DNA of 61,939 nucleotides, the filler included, from Sphacelaria rigidula (taxonomy: Eukaryota), in the NCBI GenBank assembly GCA_964200075.2. It is 6 parts of 6 records of this genome, joined end to end, with 100 filler letters (N's around TTAATTAATTAA, not from the genome) between each part and the next. Parts side by side here need not be neighbours in the genome. Positions count along the whole stretch, not along the records: positions 31,023 to 41,262 come from CAXNAA020006872.1; positions 41,363 to 51,601 come from CAXNAA020006873.1; 4 more parts are not named here. One strand, given 5' to 3'. How positions within the stretch are numbered: position 1 is the first letter of the stretch; each line of letters begins with the position of its first letter. Both the position numbers and the translations under genes were made by a program. Under the pieces are notes generated by a model that did no database searches, was not told the DNA's origin, and saw nothing but the letters and a program-made list of their open reading frames with translations. Positions 34,050 through 45,500 of the stretch are shown here, piece after piece.

Positions 34050-34840
34050 TCTGGCTCCGCTCCTGGTAGCCGTAGGCCGGGTACCCTGTCGAGTTGGGAT
34101 ACTGTATTTTCTCATGAGGTCGAGGGTCGTTTTTGCTTGGTAGCGTCACGGGGTTCTCTCCGCCAGGGGGGGAGAACAGATAATTCTCCGCGGTACTTTC
34201 CGAGGAGTGGAGGTGTAGTTTCTCGGGGTAAACAATTCTTTTTTTGGAGCAAGTGCCGTTGGAAAGCAGACGAGAGCTCAGCACGGGTGTCGTGAGAGCA
34301 GACTTGACACCTCATGAAGTCTTCGTCATTATCCCCCGCTGACAGGTCAAAGAGGGGTTTTGAGGTAGGGGGGCTCTGGATTTGTTGCAAGGGTGAGAAC
34401 TGTTCTCGTCCGCTTTGACTAGGGTCTCAACGCACTTGCGGGCGTCGGCGTGAGCGTTTACCCTGTCTTTACCGCCGGTGGGGTCGGTCATGCGGTGGTA
34501 CGGAGTGCTGACACCGATGTCCACGCCACATGCAAGGCAGGGCAATGGGGCCTGTGTAATGCGTGAGAGGACCGCGTGCTTAGAGGACCGCATCAGAATT
34601 TGAACATCCTCATGGTTAGGGTTAGGGTTAGTGTTAGTGTTGGGGTTGCGGCCAGGGGCGTGGTACCTGCAGGGACTAGCCCGATTGATTTTGAAAAACG
34701 TCTATCGTGGGGAGTTTCGAGCCTCGGCGCGGTCCTCTAAGCACGCGGTCCTCTCACGCATTACAGCCTGTTTCTTGGCGCCCTTCGGCACTTACTTCGT
34801 TCCCTGGGATACAGAGACACGGGTAATGCACACGTAGCAT
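34050..34840 (-). pseudogene. Disabled paralogue of the Cys/His-rich exon at 40601-41183
   Basis: RCYVC...GTK*VPKG (in-frame stop), MITE insertion, CLACGVDIGVSTPYH...HADARKC, then a frameshift before RCQVC. Confidence 0.75.
34555..34765. mobile_element. MITE (telomere-core family), copy 3
   Basis: Perfect TIRs and a 5-bp TSD (GCCTG); the paralogous site near 41110 is empty. Confidence 0.9.
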
Positions 34841-37418
34841 CTGTTGATGTCGAACGAATAAGGAGAAGGACGGAGGGACGGTTGCGGCAAGTGCAGCGAG
34901 GAAAGTACGGAAGGAAACATAGTTGAACTGTGAGCGAAAGGGTGACCAACGGATGTTGGAAGCGATGATGTCAAATGGTTGGAAAAGCAAGAAGATGGAT
35001 AATAGGTTGCTTGCGGTAATCACGTTACGAGCTGAGCTAGTCTGAAGCATTTTTGGGCGGTTGACCACCTTTGCATGGCCCGTCTAAGAGTTGAAAGCTG
35101 GAATTTGAAAGGTCCTCCATGATAACCTTACCGTGGTGAAACCACCGGCATGTTAGTAATTGTGGCATTTTCTACAATCAGATTTCAAGTATAGGACCGA
35201 GGCGAACAAGCAAGTACAGCATGTAGAAGTGAGTTGTATCGCGTAAACACAGAAAAGGTGGGAGGTCCTCTTCTAGCGAACCGTCCTCCTTGTGTGTTGC
35301 ATCGTGGGCGGAATTTGGATGGTGTCACCTCCTATGGGAAGGTACACCGAACACATGCACAAATTGGGCTAAAAACTGGACCAGTTAATACTGTCTATTT
35401 CCACTGTAACTGGAGGTAAACCGGAAATGGCTACGAGTGCGCCAGTTGTCCAGTTTGTCTTGGGTTTTGTCGTGAACGGGTATTTTTATAATAGTTTTCA
35501 TCACGGTGAGTTTACAACAGATAAACACTGTATATAATTAGACTGTGCGATTGAAGTCTGCGCTCTACAGTAATACAGGTACCACAAACTTCCTTGGTAC
35601 CTTCCTGTTCTGCCGTTTTCCATCTATCGACCATAGCGGGTAGGTCGACGGTTGGTCAGTCGAATGAGGAAGATGAAGAAATAATGAAGAAGCGTAAATT
35701 ATTTATGGTGGGACGCGAGCTGCAGAAGTGCCGAACGCGAAACCCAAATAGCTAATTGCATGGTGAAGAGCGTTCTAAACATGATGCAGCACATGCACAC
35801 TACAGTAGTCAGCGTCAGAAGTATGCGGAATTCATAATAACTTCTTAGTTTCTTACATATTCTCCAAATTTGTTTCGCTTGCCACCGCTCATCACAGTGA
35901 CTGTCGGATGCCAAAAAATAGGCCTCAGGTTTTGAGAACCGTTTTGATTTTGTGAATGAACGCCATGAATATCAAACTCTGTACATTTCACAGATGTTGC
36001 GACTTCGGTGCATGTTGTTACCGTGACCACCTCTGAGCAGCCGGGAGGACGCGCGGTGGAGCAAGGAAAGGTAGCAATGATCCGGCCTGCCTGCCGTACT
36101 GCCGACAGCGTCGCGTGAAAGCCACGAGACCCTTGCTGTCGGCGGTTGATGGCATGGGTCTCCAATGCAACGACATGCGGCTAATTGTAGAGCACTCTCG
36201 TCTCTCCTCCCAAGTTGCCATAACCCATGCCCTCCTTACATCGGAATAATTATTACTTATGGGAAGCTACTCGTACTACTGTGCCGAGCTGTTCACGCGA
36301 CCAGCGTGTGCTACAGGTTGCGGCATGGGCGGACTCCTATGCGCCACGCTAGCAACAGTAAGGTCACCACCATAGGTGTCTTTTTTCACTCCGCATGTCA
36401 AATAGGTTTCTACAAGTGTTTGATCTCTCATACACCCCCCTCAACTGGCGTGTGGCACGCCCTTCTGCTCGGCCACCCCGTTGGGGGAGGTCGGCGAAAA
36501 TCAACGATGAATAATACCCCCGAAGTTCAAATGGGATCTATGTGTTATTGCCGCAGCACCGCTCTTGCTGGCATGTGTACGACAGAAAACAGTAGTAGCG
36601 GTGACGGGAACGTTGCCCTATTTTTTCAACAACATGTTTTTCAGCGCATAGAGGCACGTCCTGTCCAAAAGGAGAGGCAGAGAGAAATAGCTCTTCGCGT
36701 TGGCGACAGGCAAGAAGAGACTACGGCATCTCTCCGCACGTCGATGTTCTGGCGCATGAAAAAATTGGCACATATGTCATGCTGGTAAGATCGGTGTTGC
36801 CAGTCTCTCGAGAGTTTGGTAATCGCCGAGCAGGGACACACAAAGCACACAGACGAGGAGCTTCCTCTCTGTCGTTGCTCTTTTCTCTGGTGATATCGGC
36901 ACCGACACGCGTGTACACCGCATTCGTGAGGTGCACCTAGCCACAGCTGCTCAGCTGCTGCAGACATTTGGGGGAGAAGATGTCTTCGCTCTGTCGCAAG
37001 TGTTTCGCGTCTTCCCTTCAAAAGAGAAATGCCACTTCAACTCCATATTTTGTATGAACCCCATTTTTTAGGATTCACATTTACATGGTTACCCGCGGTC
37101 ACAAAATGCACAAGTATTCTATTCAACGACAGGCGTGTTTTTCGGTCCGGACGTGGAGAATCGGGCGCCCTTCTCTCCGGCTACTCTCAGCCTTTGCCCA
37201 CTTGTTCCCATACTCTGCTCCCCATGGAGAGTCTCTGCTACTGCATACTACAGGTGGATGATTTTCGAATCGCCCACCATGTTCAATGACATTTTCGAGC
37301 AGTACAAGCCTCTTGGCTGGTGAATGTGAGAGAGGTTACACTTTTCACAACTATTCACGATTTTAGAAGGGGAAGTAAGTCAAACACAGTGATGTTTTTG
37401 CTGTATAAACATCACCGC

Positions 37419-37700
37419 ACTGTTGGGCACGAGAAAAAATCCCAGATCGTTCTGAGATTCGAACCCACGACTCAACCGTCAGAAGGTGTCGAGGTTACCG
37501 ACTGAGCCACCGGGGCGACCAGCTGAAGTGGAGAGCGACTATGTCGTGCGTACACAAAGTTTAAATTCACGGTCGACGAGAGGAGGGGCCGCTGAACCCT
37601 TCTCTCGGTAAAAAGAAAGGCAAGCAGCACCGTAGAAGGGAGGTGAAGTGCTAAAACAAAACAAGAAAAACTTCCGTGTGAGCCTTCCTCTGTGTGAAAG
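37419..37700. mobile_element. SINE family B copy with an inverted 5' head
   Basis: 37419-37520 is the reverse complement of the head; 37527 onward is the body in sense orientation. Confidence 0.8.
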
Positions 37701-39769
37701 AAGTATATTCAACAAAAAAGGGGGAGATAAGAACCCACCCACACCTTCTGTGACAGATCCCGCGTCGTTTTATTTATTCAGAAGCCCAGTTTCTCTCAAT
37801 CTGAGGCGTTAGACTCACTTTTTTGGCAACTAATCTCGATTTGTTTGGGACCCCGATTTTGAAAAATCGGAGGGACTCAAACTCGTGGGATCAAAATCGG
37901 GGGGACAGTTTTATGGCACAGAGACAGTACAGTATCACAGATTTGTGAAACGCTTCCGTACACAGACAGTCATTTCCTGTATGAGTGTCGTACTGCGTAC
38001 TCGTGCATGAAGCCGAAGAGCGGGCAGGCGGTCAACAATCCTTCGAGCACAGTGTCGTACCTTGGTACCCTAGGGTAGTACAGTGCAGGACACTACATCA
38101 GTACAGTATATATATGATAATGCCGTGTATTGCGAGAGCAGATAACAAACAGCGTGCGACCAGAGTTCAGTAGGCAGTGAGTGCCGTATATCACCCCTCA
38201 AGTACAACGACGACAGCTAAAAGGGTACAGTAGCGTTCGCTATAGTGATACATATGGCAGCGCAATGCAGCATAAAATATTACTATCGCCGCAGGGTATG
38301 GCGTCAGCACGTGTTCACCGCTTGTCAAACCCCGTGCGAAGTTGCCTCAGCAGCAGGGGCCGTGCTGTCACGAGACTCACCTTAATATATATTGACACCG
38401 ATTTCCTGACCGGTTCGTGGTTGCTCTCTCCTCTATCCCTATGCAAAGCTTCACGAGGTCATGAACCGGGAAGTCCATCACGGTTCGTGGTTCTTCTCTC
38501 CTCTATCCCTACCCACGTGTACATAAAACTTTAAGCTTCACGAGGGAATGCACCCGGAAGTCGATCACGTACTTCAACACTCTATTGCACCTCAGCCACG
38601 GACGTCGTCGGCACGAACAAGCGAAGACAAAGAAGGAAGCAGCAATGAAGCTGAACCTTCTTGAGGGTGTTTGAAGTTATTCGCAGAGCCGGTTGCTGCG
38701 TGTGATGCTTCCAACCTCCTAAAGTGCCTCGTTTGAAGTTGCGGCAGTCAAGTCTGAGAGGTTCAATTAATTCAATTAAGTCTGGCGGTCCTCGAAAACT
38801 TGGTCGAGTTGGGCCGTTCTTGAGACTGCTCACAGACAGAAGCGAAACACAACGACATGAGCACCTATGGAGCTGAAACCTGTTGAGGGCATCTCAATTG
38901 ATGTTACTAGAGCGATGGGACGGATCTTTCGCGCAGCGTGGCTTCCAATCAGTTCGGGGGTAAAAAGTGCGTGGTTCGGAACTTCGTATTGAGACACATT
39001 CTTAATTTCGGAATAGGATAGGATAGGACAGGACACTTTCTTAATTTCGGTTCAGTAGACGCCTTTTCAGCCTCGAGGGCCTCAGAGGAAATAAAAAAGC
39101 CATCCCCAAGTTGTAGAGCCCCGTGTTAATTAAAATCTTCGTATCCACATCAAATCTTCGATATATGGTTCCATTTCTTCAACTACTGATAGCTATTGAC
39201 AACTGCTACACGTCATAGAGAATTGGATTTCGACCACCAAAATGTTGGGGTCCTGGGTCAAAAACCAATTTTGGAACAATTGTTGATAGCACCGCGACTA
39301 GGTTAGGCGCCGTGCTCGATTTACAGAGCTCAAGTCACATTAGTTCAATTATTTCACTACATGAGTTTTTATCTCCGACCCGTGGTCACGGGGTGCAAGG
39401 AACTCACCACCGATGACCATAAAACCAAGACTCGACAGAGGATGTCTTTTACAAAAAACTGTACACGAAAACAATCACCCGGCCAAGACCGATCGAGAAA
39501 CGAGGAACACACTGCAAGCCAACAAATTATCGGCGTGCAGCAAAGGCAGAAACCGAGATGTCGCAGGCAGAGAGAACCACTCCGAGAAAGACTTGATAAT
39601 TTTGAAAAATATCCCAGGTTCAAGAAAATTAGGTGATGGCTTCATCGACGGAACATCAACTGACTTGGCTCAGCATCAACATCGAGTGAGTTGATCACCC
39701 AAATATTAGTTCGGTGTAATCACCCAGAGCTAATCCAAGTTCGAAAACCTCAAATCTACCTGCCCTTTT

Positions 39770-40072
39770 GTGTTCCCCCTCACACTTTTACCCACCCCCC
39801 TTCCTCGGAATGAGTCCGTGGTCTCGAAGGATCAACTCACCTCTCCCCCGGTACGCGCCTTTCGTTTCGCTCTTGCGGATTGGGTCAGCACTTCCGCACC
39901 GCGTCAACCCACGTCACACAAATCCAGTCGACTAATATTGTTTACCAACGTACTCACGTTTTCCACGGTGGAAATCGTAGATAACGAAGAAAAAACTCAA
40001 CCAATCGGGAATCGAACCCCCGTTCTCTCCGCCCCAATGCCAACAGTCGGATCAATACACCACCGGGGCACC
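39770..40072 (-). mobile_element. tRNA-derived SINE family A
   Basis: Minus-strand head GGTGCCCCGGTGGTGTATTG...GGTTCGATTCCC; absent from the paralogous position (~33475). Confidence 0.7.
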
Positions 40073-40600
40073 TTAAGCGGATATTTCCGTGATGTGTCGG
40101 GAGCAGTTTAGAACGAAGGCACTATAAAACTGAGGACACACCCAATACCCCCAATCCTGGCCCCCGAAACGTACTGGGAAAAAGAAGTTGGTTTGGCGAC
40201 GTCACTGTAAGACTACACAACGCCGAAAGAACCGGAGCCCAAAACGAGATGAAACGACGCCGCTAAAAAGTCACAGAGACTGACGGAAGCTGACGTGAAT
40301 GATGTCGGATCTGACGAAGTTCATCACGTCCCGAGTGTAGACATCTGGGTTTGGAACGCAGCACGGTATCAAGAAGGTAGACAAGGGGAAGGTAAAGGAG
40401 CGAAGAGACGTGAACAAGCATGCAGGGTGAAGATTGCAATGAGGCATGTTGGAAGAAAGAAAGAAAGAAGAGTCTAGTACCGACGAGAGCAGTCATTGAA
40501 GGTGTGAGAGAGCAGGATGAAAATAAGACTACACATAATTGGGAGGGAGTTGAACAGGGACAAGGAATGGCCACTTGTGGTACTTACCGTCAGCGGCGGT

Positions 40601-41183
40601 TTAGCTTCCAGCTCCGCTCCTGGTGGCCGTGGGTCGGCTACCTTGTCGGGTCGTACTGCTTTTTCTTTTTTCGAGGGGAGGGAAGACCTTAGTTGGTGGC
40701 GTGATGGGTTGGTTTCCGGGAGGGGACAGGGAGTTATCACTGACCCGCGGTGCTTTGCGCGTTGTCGAATCGTCGTTTCTTGACGCATATGACGCTTTCT
40801 CCTTCAACAAGTGCCGTTGGAATTCAGACAGGAGCGTGGCACGCGTGTCGTAGAAACAGAGGTCACACCTTATGAAAGCCGGTTCGCCATCCCCCGCCAA
40901 GAGATCATAGAGTGGGTTTCTGGACAGGGTTGCTGTACACTCGTAACACGGATGAGTGCACTCCTCGGTCGCTTTCACGAGGGTTTTCACGCACGCGCGG
41001 CCGTCCGCGTGGGCGTATACCCTGTCTTCACCGCCGGTAGGATCGGGCATGAGGTGGTAGGGGGTGCTGACCCCGATCTCGCCGCCACACGCTAAGCAGA
41101 GGAAGGGCAGCTGTTTTCTGGAGCCCTTCGGGACTGGTTTTGTTTCCTGCGAGACAGAGATGTGGGTGTTGCAGGTGGAGCAC
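40601..41183 (-). CDS. Probable terminal exon encoding a Cys/His-rich, LIM-like zinc-binding region
   Basis: Open frame with CSTC, CLAC-x25-H-x5-C and CYEC-x23-CDLC; the acceptor position and most ligands are shared with the paralogue. Confidence 0.6.
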
Positions 41184-41262
41184 CTGTCAAAGCCCGCCGA
41201 AGCTCTCAAGAGCAGGGCGGTGCGTGTACTGCGCCAAGTTGCTAGGGGGTTTTAGAGAGAGC

Positions 41263-41362
41263 NNNNNNNNNNNNNNNNNNNNNNNNNNNNNNNNNNNNNN
41301 NNNNNNTTAATTAATTAANNNNNNNNNNNNNNNNNNNNNNNNNNNNNNNNNNNNNNNNNNNN
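41263..41362. other. Artificial contig spacer
   Basis: N44-TTAATTAATTAA-N44. Confidence 0.97.
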
Positions 41363-41702
41363 TTTTACCCATGTTTTTCGAGTCCCGGGTGCCAATGGTC
41401 CCCACAAACGATGTGCGTGAAAAACCCGGAGCGAAAACTGTCAAAATGGCGTGTTTGGCTGTTTTCGCGTTTCTGGCCACTTTTCGTACCTCTCCTAGGC
41501 AAAAAACGGGAAGGTATACCTTTTATAGGCCATTGCCCTTTTCTTTATGTTGCATGCATATCATATTGTTTCAAGTAAATATGTTTTTACGATTTGTACT
41601 CTGGCTGCAGGGGCTGTAACGTAATCCAAACTTTATTCATCTGTTGTTGCTAAATACTACGACACAAACCACTCAGGGTGCCATGGTTATCTACTGCGCA
41701 GA

Positions 41703-41970
41703 GTATTCTACACACTACTCCCAGCTCAACCTTGTTTTCCACAATAATACCACAGCGTGCAGCTCTAGTGACATAATGAGGAGCTACGCCGAGGGCGAAT
41801 ACTTCCGACAGAATACCGTCCATCTCCTGTTTGTGTATTCTACACACTACTCCCAGCTCAACCTCGTCTTCTACAATAATACCACAGCGTGCAGCTCTAG
41901 TGGGATCATGAGGAGCTACGCCGAGGGCGGATACTTCCGACATAATACCGTTCAATTTCTGTTTGTGTAT
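41703..41970. repeat. 132-bp tandem duplication
   Basis: GTATTCTACACACTACTCCCAGCTCAACC...CTGTTTGT present twice. Confidence 0.85.
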
Positions 41971-42123
41971 GCTCCTAATGGTCAACTATGTCGGTACCCA
42001 AATGGTCAAATACGGCTGGGACGCGAAGAAAGTGTTATTGAATGTTCTGTTGGGGAACGTACGAACCAAGTGGATCAATCACGAGATCGGATATACTCGC
42101 TCCCCCTTTTTAGCTTGGTTTCC

Positions 42124-42334
42124 TGTAATGTGTGGGAGGACCGCGTGCTTGTTAGACCGCATCGGCGTTTAAATACTCTCTATGGTTAGGGTTAAGGTGA
42201 GGCTTAGTGTTAGGGTTAGGGTTTGCGGCGCGATCCCTGCAAGGACAGGCCCGAGCGGACTTGAAGAACATCAATCCTGTGGTGTTCCAACTTCGATGCG
42301 GGTCAAAATGCACGCGGCCCTCCCACGCATTACA
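42124..42334. mobile_element. MITE (telomere-core family), copy 4
   Basis: TGTAATG...CATTACA ends; TTCC on both flanks; TTAGGG core. Confidence 0.85.
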
Positions 42335-42566
42335 TTCCGACCAGGAAGGTTTCTCCTGAAATGTCAAACACGCGTGGTCGCCGTCGTAGGCATTTCGGTT
42401 GTTCTTGGGATATTTTAGACACCTTACGCCCCTCACAAACCGCACCCCCACCCACTGGAACCCCCTTGATGCCCCTGGACTGTTGCCCCGCTAAACGTAT
42501 CCGAGGCGAGGCACACAATCTAAGGGTCAATGCGCATAGTTTACTCATCTGGTCTCCGGTATTCAT

Positions 42567-45500
42567 TTATGCACTGCTTAGCTTGCGAGATCGGCCCTTA
42601 CATGGAGTGAAGAAAAGCTGGACCACGATGACGCACACCCGACGGGCGGAACACCTCACAAAGATGGCGAATGGCGGGGACCATAACGGGGTTGAAGTTG
42701 CAGGCGCGGTCGGAGTGTTACCAGCGAAGATAGCGTTGACAAACACGCCAATCCAGTAGTACCCGAACCGGTTGAACCCCACGACTCGAACGAAGTTCAA
42801 GTAAAACTGGTAGAGTAAGATAGCCAAATTGCGAGGCACAGCATCGAGATGCGGTAGCGGAAATCGGTTTGGCAAGTTCCCGTGTTGATTTCGATGGGTG
42901 TCGTGCTTTACCCAAATGGCATGCGGCAAGCGTACAAGTCTAGGCTATGCATCTGTATGGTTGAGGAGACCGCGGAATCGGATATCACACAATAGGTTCT
43001 TATGATTACAGGCAACGTGACTCAACTTAACCAATGAGCCGAACCAAACATCCACAAACAATGCCGTCCGTCGAAAGATCGAAGCATACCAACCAGGCGA
43101 GAAGAAGCTAGAATGATTGTCGCATCACCATCGGATGTTAATATAGTGTGCTTGAAGTCGAGTGGAAAGCCCGAGTGTTGCGTGTAGGCAGTGGCCGCGC
43201 ATGTGTTCAGTCCAAATGACAGAACGTCGGGTTCGAGCTGGTGAGCGATTGGTGAGCCTGTCCGACTTTTTGCGACACCGTGCCGAGAGCAAGATGTCTC
43301 ACACCTTGACCAAGATGGCAACTCGTAAATTCTTGAGTGATTCGAATATATCATCAGCGGGTTGTTGTTTGACCTCGGTCCTTCTGGTTTCGTCACACTT
43401 TCAACCCCCCTGGCTCTCGGGACGACAACGTGATCCCATGGGATCAGATCATCTCTTCTCCAGTACACGCCTTGCACTTCGGGACGCACGTCCCAGCGCG
43501 TTGAAGGCCAAACGCACCGTCGAGCCCGAGTCCCTTCTACCCCAATGACGTCAGTTGGACCATTAGACCACCGAGGCGCAGCGGAAGCGTAATATAGAGA
43601 ATGGAGATCTGGACACAACCTTGGGAGGATATACAATACCACTAAGCCACATGCGTTTAGCAGTGGGCGAAACGCTTCCAGAGCCGTAGAAGGCTTTGTT
43701 GTATCTTGCTGCGTCAAAGCACACTCACCCCAAATGTATCCTGCAAAGCTCGGTTGCTGCTATGCAGCTCATCGTGCTGTCCGTCGATCGCCTTCATCAA
43801 CTGTCGCCGTGTCTCTGGCGTCACCGTTGCAATAATATTCCCCACTACTTCGTCGCTCTCATTTTTCATAGGCAAGTCGATATCGCCGTCACCCTGAACT
43901 GCCGCGACGAGGTCGTCCAAGCCGACTGTCACCTCGGCAATGACGGAGTCTGCTGCAAGGGTAGGTGCAGGAGTGGGCGCCAGAGTCACCGGGACCAATG
44001 TGGGAGCTAGGGAAATCGGCGCCTGAGTGGGGGCCGCCGTAGCCGGGAAGGGGTATATTTCGAATGCGTACGTGCCGCCACACGTGATCAGGGAGTTTCC
44101 TCTGCAGGGTATGTCACAGATGCCAACACCGTGTCTGTCGTACGCGATGTTGCCCGCGGCACACCAGCACTGCAACATGATAACGGTGTGGGAGAGACGA
44201 CGCACATATCGCCCACACGATGGAGATACAGAAAACACGGGCGATCAGACGGGGGGTGGTCGAAGTGAGCATACCGCCAGCAACTCACCAAAGGCTAAAT
44301 GAAAACTCTGTGTAGGGTGTGTGCAGAGTTTTACCGCGAACAATATCACAAGGTACGGGGTTGGAACCCGGTACGGGGTCGCTCTTGGCTTCATCTCCCT
44401 CGTATGCGTCCGGACTGTCAAGTTCAGTGCCATTGCTTCTGTTTCCAAGCAGCTGCACCACCAACGAAAATGTTCAACAACGGATGAGCGCATACTCTCG
44501 CGCATGGCTCCAGTCGTGCGCGTAAATACATCTTGTGCACGTAGCAGTGCACAAGTATTGAGAAGCGCCGCCATCGGCACGTACTTACCTACTTACCTAC
44601 GTAGTGCAGAATAAGTCCCGCGCCGTTCCCTAGCAGACATCTTGGTTGGGATTTGAAAATAAAACTGTTTCGAAATACATTCTCAACGTCAGCGGTAGAA
44701 CCAATCACGGTTCATCATCAGTAACAGATCGTAGTAAAATGGAGAGATCGAAAGCAATAGCTCAAATATTGGGAGGTCGTGTACAGAATGTCATTTGTCT
44801 GTCAGAGTAATAGAGAGTTTGGGACTTGGAGTATTAGGTATCAACAGCTCGGATAAACGGTTTAACAATACCCAAGCGTTGTGTCTCGAGATTGACTCAG
44901 CCCTTCGCTATTACTGTCCAAAGCCGCCCACCTCAAGCAAGCCTATCAGCTTGTGATCAGTGTCCTGTTGAGTAAACCATGGGTGTGCTTAAATCTGAGT
45001 TCGACCAAGTGCAGTGCCAAGTGAAAACCATCTTCTTTTCTTTCACTGCACGAAGCAAGTGCATCCTCAACACTGTGCATCATTTGCGAGCTCTCTCGTT
45101 AGAGCTGAGTTCACGAATTGACCCGTTGTTCCTGTCAAATTGACAATTCAACATCGTGTACTTTCGCACACGCAAAAGGCCACATTTTCATGAGTCCGAA
45201 CCTTTGGGGCGGCTGCTGATGCAGGTTAGAGCGCTTGTCATACCTCCGATCAGACTGTCTATTGCCCTTGTTATACCCTACTATCTGAAGAAAGCTCGTA
45301 CTTGGGTGTCCACAAATCGCGCACAAATGGACACGTTTTTGTTTACGGCAGCTACGTATATCGGAAATAGGACACTACATCGTCTCGAATATTTCTGAAT
45401 GTTGGGTTGTTTGAAAGTAGTCAGCGATAGGGGGGGGGGTGTTTGATTTCACAATAAACAGGCGCTCTTGCATGCGTGAGACAGCCTAGTACCCTTGATG

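Noticed and set aside
36165..37021. 207-aa and 126-aa ORFs as genes
   Set aside because: No recognisable motif or supported splice structure; could be exons but cannot be supported from sequence alone.
43022..43717. 231-aa minus-strand ORF as part of the WSC gene
   Set aside because: Starts just inside the intron after a strong donor and has no recognisable domain.
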